Part shown: one piece after another, positions 1 to 12,942 of the stretch | Numbering within the stretch: the stretch's first letter is position 1 | Layout of the letters: every line of letters begins with the position of its first letter | Translations under genes and position numbers: made by a program | DNA from: Balanoglossus misakiensis | Lineage: Eukaryota > Animalia > Hemichordata | Assembly (NCBI GenBank): GCA_040954595.2 | Contig: CM082585.2 | Coordinates: forward strand, 8,387,404 to 8,451,403 | Reading direction: 5' to 3' | Length of the DNA stretch: 64,000 nucleotides | Notes under the pieces: model-generated | Told to the model about the DNA's origin: nothing | What the model saw: only the letters and a program-made list of their open reading frames with translations | The model's database searches: none

Positions 1-1
1 G

Positions 2-961
2 ACACCAACGAACACGATCATACGCCCTCAATCTTCGGATACGTGCACCGACCAAAAGTTTGTTCAACATGACAATGGCAGTCTGCTCATTCCATTCGTC
101 GAAGCGGGGGACGAAGGGATGTATTCATGTGTTGCATCAAATCTGGAGGGAACATCTTCAGGCATCAGGACATTGAAAATAAACTACACGGCAGAGGGTA
201 CTACGTCACTTTCTCCAACGTCGGGTGTTAGCACAGTTATTCCAACAACCGCGTTTGCCACAACAACTCCAGTCGCCACGACAACTCCAGTCGCTACAAC
301 AACTCCAGTCGCCACGACAACTCCAGTCGCCACAACAACTCCAGTCGCCACAACAACTCCAGTCGCTACAACAACTCCAGTCGTCACCACTCCAATCGCA
401 ACAACTACAATCACAACAACTACACAAGTAACGACAACGCCAATCACAACAGCGACAACAACAGCTCAAATCACCACTACTACCCAAGGCGGTGGAGAAA
501 GCACAACTAACGAGACAACCCCGAGTAATAACACGACAACAGCGCCCCCTATAACACCAGAAAGTATCACCGGCAGCAACTCCTCAGGGCGGGAAATAAT
601 AGCGTACTTCCTTGGAATTCTGTCAGCGGCTTTATGCGTCTCCGTTTTCATCATCATCCGCTACTGTCGAAATCAACAAGGCAAGGCACAAGGCAATAAC
701 GACGACACCCACACGTACGTCAATCACAATTTTCTAGGAGAACCACGTGCACGTGATGTGGGCCACTTTGGTGCAGAGGGGATGGTAATGGCCGGAAGAG
801 AACTCCAAGATGATCGATACGCTGTGCCACCTAGAGTTAGAGATTCCCCGCATAAAAATGAGATGTATGTAAATTCCGTTGTCTTCGAGGACACGGAAGC
901 TGGTTACGCGTCTCTTTCTCCAGAAACGAGGCAACCGAATGTCTACGAAAGTTTAGGTTAA
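2..961 (+). CDS. Single-pass receptor, 5'-partial: Ig domain C-terminus, Thr-rich mucin stalk, TM helix, Tyr-motif cytoplasmic tail
   Basis: Frame is open from base 2 and reads ...NGSLLIPFVEAGDEGMYSCVASNLEG (Ig DxGxYxCxAxN motif), then (PVATTT)n, TM IIAYFLGILSAALCVSVFIII, and a tail with YVN x2 and YASL-x9-YESL. Stop TAA 959-961. The ORF-track Met at 119 is internal. Confidence 0.85.
   Translation, partial: TPTNTIIRPQSSDTCTDQKFVQHDNGSLLIPFVEAGDEGMYSCVASNLEGTSSGIRTLKINYTAEGTTSLSPTSGVSTVIPTTAFATTTPVATTTPVATTTPVATTTPVATTTPVATTTPVATTTPVVTTPIATTTITTTTQVTTTPITTATTTAQITTTTQGGGESTTNETTPSNNTTTAPPITPESITGSNSSGREIIAYFLGILSAALCVSVFIIIRYCRNQQGKAQGNNDDTHTYVNHNFLGEPRARDVGHFGAEGMVMAGRELQDDRYAVPPRVRDSPHKNEMYVNSVVFEDTEAGYASLSPETRQPNVYESLG
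259..390 (+). repeat. Coding 18-bp minisatellite, about 7 copies, encoding PVATTT
   Basis: Repeated ccagtcgc(c/t)ac(a/g)acaact units visible directly. Confidence 0.9.
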
Positions 962-2024
962 GGCTCCAATCAGCCAATGTTTTAATTATTTTCATAATGT
1001 TATTTTTGAATTCAGAATGGTTCATTTAAGTGACTTAATATTATCAACATCTGATTGTAGCATGTACATTTAAATATGAACAAGTTAAATATGATAAACG
1101 GGTGTCACACCCGCTTATTCAACTGCCCATTGCAAGAGTACTCAACTATCGTGGTATTCACACATGGGTTTTTAAATCCCTACAAAGTCAAAATAATGTC
1201 ATTTGTCTACTAAGGATAAGGACAAGATTGAAGTATTTATTGATTTAAAATATGGTCGAAGTGCATTGTAGCTATATTGATAAACACAAATAATTTTCTT
1301 GCAATTTAGAGTGAGTTACTATCTTGTTTATGCCCTCTTGTTTATTTCTGTCGAGGACCACGAATATATATGAGAGTCGCAAATATATGCCTAAAGAACA
1401 AATAATACATAATGAATAGTATTACAGCGATAATGGTGTTCAACATTTGGCTTTAGCAACATTTCGTCAAAAGTCTGGGACTGAATTAAATCGATACAGT
1501 AGACAATACTGTTTGTTCACTGGTTGATTGATGATCAAGTATATATGCTGGGGTGATCGATTCGTGGCTGCTGGGGCTCAAAGTTCTATAGTAATGTTAA
1601 CAAAATGGCGGGTCATTCGTCTCAGACCAGCGTTGACAGAGTGTACGGGCGTGCAATTTCCATGTAAACATAAATATTTTAGTTGACGTCTTTTGTTTCT
1701 GATTTGCATACACGTGTGTCATCGTTAGAGGTTTCGTTATTTGTACGCATATATCCATATAAGGTAAATTAAAAACGCTGTTTCCTCAAAATCAAGCCTT
1801 ATAACCAGAATCACTCTTTCGGGCAAACATTGTGCTAAGTCTGTAACTATGTTACGTTTCAAAAGTACAAATAAATGTCTTGAAGAACATTCAAGTCTCA
1901 GTTATTCAACGCACACATTATTTCAAGACAGCGGACTAATAAATCATTGATAAAAATACAAATACTGTAAATGTGATCACACTGCAAAAGTTGAAGTCTT
2001 TTGTAGCCCCAATGTCATCTTGCA

Positions 2025-5009
2025 TCATACAATTGGACACGTGGATAGGTTCCATATCTTGCAGTCATGTGATTCGGGTTTTTCGGCGCACAGGATGTGA
2101 CGAACGGCACTGTGGGAATAGACGGGATAGTTGTATTTGACACATAGTTGATTAGGCTGAAGAAAGACCGACAGATAATAGTGGCAGTTTGTGTACTTAC
2201 TCGGGGTCGTCAATACATTCGTGTTTGAAGCCGTGTTCCAATAGTAAATTCTGTAGTCTCAGTATTGACCCCTCTCCACAACTCTCTCTGAGAAATTGAA
2301 AACAACAACAATCACAAGTCATGTAAAAAGAGGTCTTTCTTATGATTTATATTCTAATACTGAATTTTGTTTCTCTACATAACGGATGACCTGCCCATAG
2401 TAATTTGTAGTAGTTATAAGTAATAGTAATACATGTATTAGACTTTGTTGTTGTTCATGTTGTAGGCAATTTTGTCTATATGCCACGGTCTGAACGTCAA
2501 AATCTTTGCAGTAATTCAATACTCACATTTTGGGAACGTCCAGCGTGTGGATAACCAAGATAGTGAGTGACGTCACTTTTCTTGGATCCAAATTGGGAAC
2601 CTCATATTTGGCAAAATAACTGTAGGGAAAAGAACGTTGGTATATACGGTAATGTAAACCAATTTTCATGGGCTTTTGTATTGGGAGATAATTTCATTGT
2701 TTGAATGTATCCCTGGTCATTACTTTTAATGATTTCAAGGGGAGGGTCGTCTGGACTGCGCATGTGCGACTGTTCTGTTTATAAGCACACCGTTGGCATT
2801 TGTCTCACTGTTTAGGGAGACCCTGGCAGCCAATACATGGTAGTATATCAAAGTAACTTGGTCATGTGATAAATGCTAACATTTGCAAAAGTTAGAACGA
2901 AGAGCGCCCCCTGTATTTTGGTTTGGTCGGATTCGGGTACGTATAAGCGGTTGGTGGCGACATACCTGTTGTTACGGAAAGCTCCGCCTTCCCTCGAACC
3001 ATTTAACATCACCGCGGCGACGCCTCGAGCTTGACGTGCAAACTGTGATTGAAAAGTGTGACCCCTTTAATTATGACAGCGCGAAATCTCACACACAGGA
3101 ATGGATATTAATCCACTATGTTCTATGTACTAGTAATTCTCGTCGTCGTTGTCACCACTCCCGTCACCAACAACAACCACAACCAACTATAGAGTCAGCA
3201 ACTTATTGTATGAAATAATTAATGCTGAAAATATACTGGACTGGTAGGCCTAATCACAGTCGATGTCGTAAATCTTATAATACCAAAATAAAAACGTGTA
3301 ATGATAGTTACATCTGCAGATAACGTTCCCCAAAACGCATCCTGCGATTTTTCATAGCACGGTCCCAGACAGTTGTGGTAATTGATACCAGGGTCCTCCA
3401 CTTGGCCACACCAAATCAACATCTCAGACATAAACCCTGGCAGCGAGTCTTCCAACGTTGTGTACTGACGACTCTCGGCTGCGTACGTATGTGCAAGGTA
3501 GTAAGTTCCAGACCAAAATAATGTCTACAGGTAAATGATTATAAAACCCCATTTGGTGATGAGTTTGATGTAAAATACAATTTGCTTAGAGTAGGTCAGG
3601 CCATATAGCGGGGGATAGAGGCCACATGTACGATAGAAAAACACGATTTGGCTAAATTCGCGGTAGAATCATCCCATATTCTCTTGAGTCCCCTGTTTAA
3701 CATTTATGATGGTGACCTCCATGCTTTAAGGCGGATAGAGCAGATTCCATAAACCATACAAATGGGGATAGTTCAGAAATAATTGATTTTCTTTAATCCC
3801 AAGCCTTCTTCTTTCTGTTTTCCACACTGTGCTAATACTTCCTGCCACAGCAGATTAGCCTGAATGATTTACGAACTCAGAGCAGTAGTCGAATGCTATG
3901 GTTGCCTTCTAAATGTGGATAATAAGAAAACTAACTGTGGGGCTCTTTCCTATCATGTCGCTTTAGGCTTGCGGTTGCATGGACTTTTGAGGAGGTAACC
4001 TTTTCCAAAGCACGATCGTATTGTACTTAAGACAGTTTACAGTTTATTTTTTCAAAGCGTTATGACGATTTTTAATGTAGTTTATTTCTGAATGCGAACT
4101 AGCCTCGATTCATAATGCACAGTGACATTTATCTTCAAAGTACATGGTTCTAGACTTAAATTTAGGTCGTATGTATTGTAGCAGAACTTTTAATCATTTA
4201 GATGCATCCTGACTAGTACATTCTGGGACTACCTGTACTAGCCACAAACATGGTATTCTCAAATAATATCCAATTTCTTGTGTTTCCTTCATTCTAGTTG
4301 CCCACATAGTTGCCAAACGTATACTTTCGACTATGCAATCATGTCTCGACAATTGAGCGAGGAAAAAACGTGCGCGTTACACAAACCTTGTTTTCTTCCA
4401 CTGCCTGAGTCGCAGCTTTGCTGAAAGGTTCGTAGAGGTCACCGGTTACGTTGCACGGATCACGGTGTACAAATGCCCGTTGAAATAATTCCCACAACGC
4501 TGTGCAGTTCTTTAAGTTGCTGAAACAAATCAAATAGGGAAGTGTTCTCTTGTTGCTGATTTTATATATCTACCCGCTCCCGTGTAATACAACCTAGCCT
4601 GGTCCTTTACAAGGGGGCACCGATATTGATTGATTGGGGTCAGAGCAAGTGTCACATGACATGGGCCAGGTATGACCTCACCAAGTCTATCCTGCACTAT
4701 CAGGCGAACCATGGGGCCTACCCCAGATAAAACCTGAGGCCGAACTTACCTGACGTCGCACGATGCTCGGTTGATTGCAAACTGGTAGTCCAGACACCGA
4801 CCCGTGAAAATCTCTCTCAGATACGGAGTCGTCCCCATGTCCGCACAGAATGCCACCGGGCTAAACGCATTCCTGGGAAACGCCATGGATCGTGGCATTT
4901 GCTGAAGCGTGTGCTTTGCACGGTCCGCCCATGACGTGTTTCGTGCCAGGAGAACGACGACGACGATTGTGCTGAAAAGCGCGGCGATAAAGTTTCCTTT
5001 CAACTTCAT
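2025..5009 (-). CDS. CD38-like: ADP-ribosyl cyclase / cADPR hydrolase (CD38/CD157 family), 7 exons
   Basis: Exons 5009-4750, 4519-4387, 3524-3312, 3042-2966, 2619-2527, 2287-2201, 2109-2025, all GT-AG and in phase. Motifs GTTPYLREIFTGRC, CTALWELF, LFWS, TLEDSL, WCG, AFW, VMLNGS, SYFAKYEVPNL (catalytic Glu), ESCGEGSI. N-terminal hydrophobic signal/anchor. Confidence 0.93.
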
Positions 5010-5907
5010 TTTGAACCCGCTGTAGGAGTGAAGTTCATTTAGGTTGGCACCGAGAACTGCGTGAGTTTTGAGCGCGGATGTGTCAGTCCATTTACTATGT
5101 GAAGGTTATCCTCTGCAAGTGGAACGTACAGGTGTAGCCTACCAATAGTTAGTGGTTTCTTACATCTTTCATCATCACAAACGGCATAACAGCAACTGAC
5201 AATAACAGCCTCCTGGGAATTCAATACCAACTGCACACCCTGTTTATCGAGTCAGACTTGTCCCACTTTTGCATGCATCCCACCTGATATTCGCGGGTTC
5301 CAAATGTAGGCCACGCTACTGCTCTTGAGTCACCCGATTGTAACTCAGAGCTTCACTCAGACCAAGTGAATGTCCATTGGTCGTAAAAAGTCCAGGTGGG
5401 AGATGTTGTGTACACCAGGGCAGGGGTGCATGTTCTGGTCCCCGACTACTGACAGTGACACAGTGCAGTCAGTGACATGGCGGCCATTCGTGCTAGTACC
5501 ATTCAGGTAGACACTTCAAGGGTCAAAGGTCGAGGCTAATAGCGACGCACAAAGAACCGACGCAAGCAGAACGTTTTTTGGGCCGTATTGAGAGGCTTAC
5601 TGTAAACGAATTTTCTTCATTACTAAAGGGGCAACTCTGTCTAGATTTTTAGATTATCATGCACAGATTCCAATGAGTTTAATAAGTGAATTTCACTTGC
5701 AATATTGAAATGCTGTCTCTCAACATTTGACAGACACGATGGTGCTTCATGCATGTTACAATAACAAAATATGTCTGACACAAAATTTACATAGGATTAT
5801 GATGTTTTTATTCTGTATAGAAAATAACTCTACAAGATATTTAGTGCGCAACATAAATTTGTTGTAGGCAAAGTGCAATTCACACATGTACAGTATTTGA
5901 GGAATGT

Positions 5908-8900
5908 TCAAGCACAGTCTGTATCCCATAATGCGATGTGGACGGAATCCAGCAGAACTCCATCTTCATCTCCTTCAGGTTTTGGGGTTAAAAGAGAATA
6001 CATTGAATTCTTGTAAGTAACACAGTTAACAATGTGTCATGCAAGTCTGAATCAAAACATTCAAAACATATTCTGTACACTGCTTGTCTTCTTTGAAAGA
6101 AGTGTATGGATTCATGTGAGTTAATTTTTAGCATACATTCCCAGAAAAAAAGTAAACCTATAGATGCCCAAGATTTCTCTGAAATCTATGTGTAAATAAT
6201 GACCTTCGAAACTTACCAGCTAACAAACCATGCCTCGTGTTCAGTGAAGCCCCACTCGGACTAGAATGGATTGTCAAGTTAACCTTCTTCGCATCCGGCC
6301 AATCAGCTGTCGGCATGGCAAGCCACGTGACACCGTCCTCTGAATATAGATAGACTCTGCCCCTGTGATCGGCGCCGTATTTGACATTCGGTTCATTTAA
6401 GGCAATGATGGTACCCACCGGCACTGGAGAAACTGGGTTTGGACATGAAATGGTATGAGTGGTGAGACACCTTAAAACAAGCAATGGTTTGGGGAAATGA
6501 CCAATAATCTTGATGGAGAACATTTGTTAAAATGTCTAAAAGATTGGCATGAGGCATGATAGGTCTCGCAAATAATCTAGGCTCCCACTATGTGGTATGT
6601 ATTTGTCCTTGCGAAAAACTACCACAATCCTTAAATATGTACAAAGATCAACAAACGGTATGGCAGAAAGCATAAACCAACAGAGTATACGTTCACCTGT
6701 AACATTGGCGCCAAAGTTCATCATAATGTAGCATGGGTGCGTCGTCCTCTGCAGTCCCCATCTGAACCAAGATAATGTACAAATAACCCCAGAACGTACT
6801 ATTAGTCATATTGATATTTCATCCATTCACGCTAAGTGTAAGATAATTTATGTACGAGGAAAATCCGAGGGATGCCAATATTTGATGTGAAGATTTGACA
6901 GAGCTTTTGGGGGTTAGAGATTTGAACAAAGCCAATAATCATAGCCCACTGGTGATGGCGATACATGTGAATAAACCTTTTAATAAATTGATGTGCTCCA
7001 GTTAGTGTAATCTGTTGCTCCCGGCATGTTCCACACCCACATGACTTAGTGTCTGCGTCATGATTTCCATGAAAAGTCTGTTTGCTCCAGTGGCGTTGTA
7101 ATCCAACAAGCACATTTCCTTGGTAAAAACTCTGACTATTATTTCGAAATATCGATGGCACGACGCCATGCTAGTCTAGGATTCAGACTCGTGTGTTTCT
7201 TTTGCTATGCTCACGTCGGCACACGCAGTCTGGCCGTGTCGTCTAATTTTTGAAATTTTGCTATTTGCATGTCAATGGACTCTAACCATGAAATGCCAAC
7301 TTCCTGTCCTTTAGGGGAAAGGGAACGTTGTTTGAATTACATACCTGGAGTCACATATGTAGAGTCCATCTGTCATTGAATCAAATATATAACCTCTGCT
7401 GTAAAACTCTGTTAGAGAGATCCATACAGCATAAATGATAACGTCAATGAATTTTGACATTATGTCGGCCATGTTTCTAATACTTGATAAGCTATTAATG
7501 TTCAGCTCACTCAAATATCCTGACTCGTTGGTTACTACAGATCATATTACGAAATCATCGCTGGATATTTTATGTGCTATCTATCGAAAGAGAATCGGTT
7601 ACATTCACAAAAACAAGGAAATATAAAGACAGGGTACGGTGCGCGACGCAAAAGTTGCGGGTAAGGACAGAGAACATACCAGGCACAAGACATGGTGACG
7701 CCTGATAAGATAACCTGCACGATGATGCATTGCATTCAACTAGTCCATCCCCGCAACAAACACAGTCTTGCATTTGTGATAATTCACATTCGCAGTTGTA
7801 CGTTGACCAATCAGGTTCGGGGTTATCTGTAAGAAATAATGCTAAGTGCTGATGGAGTCGATCCTTATTCGCTGTCCCATTGCGCATGTGTAATGGCATG
7901 ACCAGTCCATTACACATGCGCAACGGCGTGGCTGTTACATTTTGACAAAATGGCGGTACACCGCTCCAGGGAACAAGTTTATAAATGCTCGCTGAAGTGA
8001 AGAGATTCTTTTCCTGCTTGGTCTTCGAAACACATGTACACGCGCCTTTAAACATTTGCATGAATCAAAACAAGAACGTAAAATTAGATAAAACGTGATA
8101 CTTTAACAAGCTTATGTTCTGAGTGTTTCGACAATTGCTATATGGTAGTACAGCCATGTTGTTATTTTGCCTACCTGGTATGATATATTGCAACTGTATA
8201 AATTCTGGTACCGCGTGCACTGATCCGTTTTTGTCTTTGAAGATGACTTCCACAAAACCGACGAAAACGTGAAGCCCTTGCGAGTCTTTCTCGTCTGGGT
8301 CAACGATGACGTCAATGGTCAATGATACCTGGTCGAGTAATGTCATGTTGTTCAACTGGGAACGAGATTCACATTGTTTTGGCCTAAATCGTCTATGAGT
8401 TGACGGAAAGCAGCATGTACTACGATAGAAAAAGCCTTTGCCACATGCTATAATCAAATTGAATTTCATGTAGGTTCATAAAATAGTAACTTTACTGGAC
8501 TAATGTTATATATTGAACAAGTATTGTGTTCACAGCCTATGTTGGCTGACAACAATCACATACCTGATATTTCACCCTAAAATCTGTATAGCGGTATTCC
8601 ATGGGTTCCACCTCAGTCCCGGACCACTGCAGTAGGGAGTGAATTTCCATGAAGGGTGTAGAAATTAGGGTAACTGTGACGTCACACGCTCTTCCATTGG
8701 ATGCCTCGCTATGTTTCAAGTCTACAGTCCATTCGAAGTGGTCTCTGCAAATATTATCAAACATTCCTTGGTTCTTGTCAGAATAGTACATTTGGCCAAA
8801 TGCCAGAAAAAAATCACCATCTGTGGAAACTTGTCAGTGTCAGACTTGTACCATGTACAAACAGCAAGAACAAGTATGAAGATATCTAAGCAAGACCACT

Positions 8901-11709
8901 CACCCCCTTGTGAGGTTCCCGTCCGGGTCCGCATAGCTAACCATGTCCAGGACTGGCTGTCCATCTGATACAACAGCAAGTGCGTGGAGTTGCCCCACCC
9001 AGACACTGCTTTTGATCCAGTTTATGTACCGAACTCCAGATTTTATCCAGAAACTCGAACCGTTTGACAGGCATTCCACATCGTCAAGTAAAGTCTCGAT
9101 TGTGATGTCTACGCGAGGCGTATCTTCATAGCCAACTCTGGCGTTCATGACAAAATTATGGATTTCCATGTACGCTGTTTGTGTTCCATTTATCGTCGGT
9201 CCGATCACTGATGTGTTCGTCAAATTTACAGAGTCGTCATATTCGATATACACCTCCACCATATGCAGGGCCCGACAAGAGTCATTTTGGAGAATTTGAA
9301 GGGAGATTTTCGGAGATATTGTCCCACCATTTGAATAGATAGAGAGGGTGAAATTTCTTCTCTGTGAGTAACCAGTGTATAGGTTTATGTTGGTCACGTC
9401 ATTATTGCTGTGGAACTCAAACGCTGGGTTTGGTGGTTCTGTACGGGAAAAACAGACGGACGAACCTATTTTAAAATTGGCAAGGATCGCAATGAACGGC
9501 AAACATCTTTTCAGGTGGTGCAAATAAGGCTACCCACAATTGCTTTTATTGGTATTTAATGGAAAAGCAAAACGAGACCGTGGCTTACCATAACAAGTGT
9601 GGCTATCGTTAAGCAGGATGCGGTCATGGTCACAAAAGCATGTGTAGCTGCCGTCTGTGTTATTGCAATATTGATCACATCCACTGACTCCAGAAGAGCA
9701 TTCATCGATGTCTACGAAGGGAAATGGAAAACGCTGCTTGAGAAATATGAACAAGACGTTGCATATTGGCGTTGCCATTGATTATAGCCATGACAGGAAA
9801 TTGTAATTATTGATTCGACATCACGAAAAATTAAAAATCTTACAGTATCTGTGAAAGGTTTATATCTGATATTGTGTTCAACCCTGTGTTAAACGAGAGG
9901 TTCATATCCTGGCCATTATGAATGAATTGTAAATAGAATACAAACGCTAAATTGGGTCACCTGCCAAATTATGGCCATCCCTATACATTGTATCTATGCA
10001 ATATTTGTGTGCATCTGCATTGAAACTAGACATAAGAATTGTGATAAACTGCCCTGGGTATGTGTCTGTGTCGACCCAAAAACAACACAGGAGATTCTTG
10101 CTGTGGTATTGTAGAGCCTTGCACTATGAAACAAGTGTATTCACATCTCCTTATACTGATACTGTGTTGAGCTTGTATAATAGTCAAGTGGCGCTAAGAG
10201 TGCAATGCGCTAACGCGTATATAAAATGCGCGAACACGCGCCAGCAGTTTGTAAGGTTATGCTACATCTGTACTGTACTGTGCTGTAGCATCTGAGCGCA
10301 GGTGGTGAATTGACAGTAGTTTCCAAAGCACAGTGATTGCATCGACTTCGCTTTTCTGGGATGGTGTACACGTACGGAACAATAGTTTGGTTTGTGTGTA
10401 TGCCTGTATACCGAATAACTGGACATACCTTCACACGTTAAGCCATCTGGTTGTAGTTGGTAGCCTGGGTTACAGTCACAGGAGTAACTGCCCGCAGAGT
10501 TTATGCAAATGTGTTCGCACATATCGGTTTCTTCAAGACATTCGTCAATATCTATAAATCAACAATATCAGAACATTCACCACACCCTGAAAGACGCAAT
10601 AAAATGAACAAAAAGTGCGAATACTCCCCCGTCCCCCACATACACCTGTTTGGTGCAGTCCAATGGCAGTGATGTCCAGGCTTTGATGGCTGTAGGAACA
10701 GTCACCACCTTTTGGACATTGCGGATTGTAGACACCTACACCAAATAGTTAAATGGAAATGATACACATTATACCTTTCTTGCACAAGACCCCACAGTCT
10801 GCAGTGTCGGTGCAGGGGTATTCTCTCCATTTGCCGTTGTCAGAGTTGAAGGCCACACACGGCTCGCCAGCGTCACAACAACCGCGACTCCAGGTGACGA
10901 AGGCAGTGTCGATGGCATCCCCGTCGGTGCTTTCATACTGTCCATTGATGTTCTGATCGTGGACGCCTATCCAGAAGAATTTTGTGTTGCCATTGCTGCA
11001 AGAAGGAAAAGAGGGGAATACTGTAGGTTCAGCGATCACCACGATCAGATTTACACACTCGGTCATCAATCACAACCGACTTATCTCACAGACTTGAACC
11101 AAGGAAACAGTACAGAGAAACGTTCAAAATTGTTTCGGATTAGCGAATTCAACATGCGAAAGCTACTTGACTTACCAGTTTGTGGTGTAGCCGTTGTCAA
11201 ACACGCTTTGGAATATGAAGTTCGTCTCGGCACTATCCCATAGAGTGGCCAAGCGCCCATAGCCGCCGTCGACGCAGAGGTCCTTCGCTGCATCCCATGT
11301 TACTTGCTGGTGTATGGGGTAATAACAATACCCTTTGTATTGGAACTGGCACGCTGGAAAGTAACAACATAACTGGAATAAATTTTCTTGAATAACATGG
11401 GGATTTTGAACGCATCCCTACTGTATACACAGAGCGTTGTTACAGTAACTTTGACTTTAAAGAATATCAAGTAAATCCAGATTACGTCAATGACGACTGA
11501 CGCGAGCTGAATACTAGGTATTGAAACATACTTTAAGCGAGTAGAACCAGTAACTGCGGTTGTTCCACTGACGAAATTGGTGAAACTTAACATCTAAAGT
11601 TATAATGTCTCTTTAAACTAAAGGAAAAGTTCTACAACTCACCTGATGCAAGACTTTGCAAAAGAAATAGCAAGGTTAGCATAAAACTTATACTCTTCAT
11701 GACAGCCAT
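5908..11709 (-). CDS. Secreted mosaic protein: signal peptide, C-type lectin domain, two Ca-binding EGF domains, long uncharacterised region; 3' half possibly pseudogenised
   Basis: Signal exon 11709-11643 (MAVMKSISFMLTLLFLLQSLAS). CTLD exons 11353-11176 (YCYY..TWDAAKDLC..RLATL) and 10995-10775 (FWIGVHD..CVAF..GKWREYPC). DIDEC EGF exons near 10550-10430 and 9710-9590. Further exons near 9465-8905, 8820-8565, 8330-8175, 7828-7680, 7535-7345, 7119-6860, 6470-6217 and 5972-5908. The 3' exon structure is uncertain, with an in-frame TGA at 7058-7060. Confidence 0.65.
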
Positions 11710-12942
11710 AATGCTTGTAACGTGGTTTTCAGTTTAAATATTTTTGTCCTCGCTCACTGACTTATACCTCCACTTTGATCATTTAGATATATGATCAATT
11801 ACTATCAAAGGAAACGTCAATGTGACTGATCGATTTTTTCTTGGTGGTTCCTATTGTACGTTCGCTTGTAAATTTCAGCATTAATCATCATGGTTTCTCA
11901 TTAAACATTCAGCCAATGAGAATGCTTCATCTTCTCAATATGTGTCCATTGTGATAGAGAGTTTTGTGTATGACTTGATCAAGTGCCAAGTTGTCCAGGA
12001 AATTACCCTAATGAGTATTCGGCTATACAGTGGCTATACTCTTTACGATCGCCACATGTTTGAAATTTAATAACAACGTGTTGATCCATTGTTTAATTTC
12101 TTTGGCAAATGTTTATGCATAAGTCGCAATTTCCTCGTGACGGAAGAAAGTGTCAAAATATAATTTCCCACGGCATTTAACACTTTCTCACGATAATAAG
12201 CTCATAGTTTTGCTTTTTTATGTTTATATGATGGTGAGCAGTAGCCTACTTAATGTTTTTCATTTCCTTTCGGACGTGAATCAAAAACTTTCACCCGGCA
12301 AGAATCAAAGACATGTCGACCCAACAGGCTGTAAGAGGAATCGAATCACGTACGCTTTTTTTTTTACCTTGTCAACCTGTGGTACTTTGGGATTTTACAG
12401 TCTATGTTGCCATTCAACAAGTCGTTTCATTTGCAAAATGTTTACGGTAGGGACATTGTAGTCGCGTCATTATTCTGCGAATAAAAAGCTAGTACAGCTT
12501 TATTGAGATTATATGTGTCCTGAATACGCAAGCAAAAGAACTTTCAACGCTCAATCGGGATCGTAGTGTGCACGTACGCCAAAAGGCCCAGGGGAAACCA
12601 ACAATAAAGTCGTACATTGACACACCCCTTTTCGCTTGTCAACATGTTTAGGCCATTTTGGCCAGGGGAGCGTCCGTCTTGTCAAGGAGGACTTTCTCGA
12701 TTGTGCTGCCATTGCCCTGTACTTTTCAGGCCCATTCTGATTCATCCCATATACCATAAAACATAATATTTATATAAATAAAGTTTATTTCACTTCAGTC
12801 AGAGTCCCGCTTCTTTCTAATAGCTGATGAGCCACCCGGCCTCAACTAACCGACACTTCCCATTGGATAATGGAACAGTCCGAGTTGAGGTCAACATCAG
12901 TACAAGCTGTCTGGTCAGATCAGTTTAGCCACGGAGAAAATC

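Noticed and set aside
184-487. Repetitive antisense and alternative-frame ORFs (GVVVAT, DWSCC, QQLQSP)
   Set aside because: They are shadows of the 18-bp coding minisatellite.
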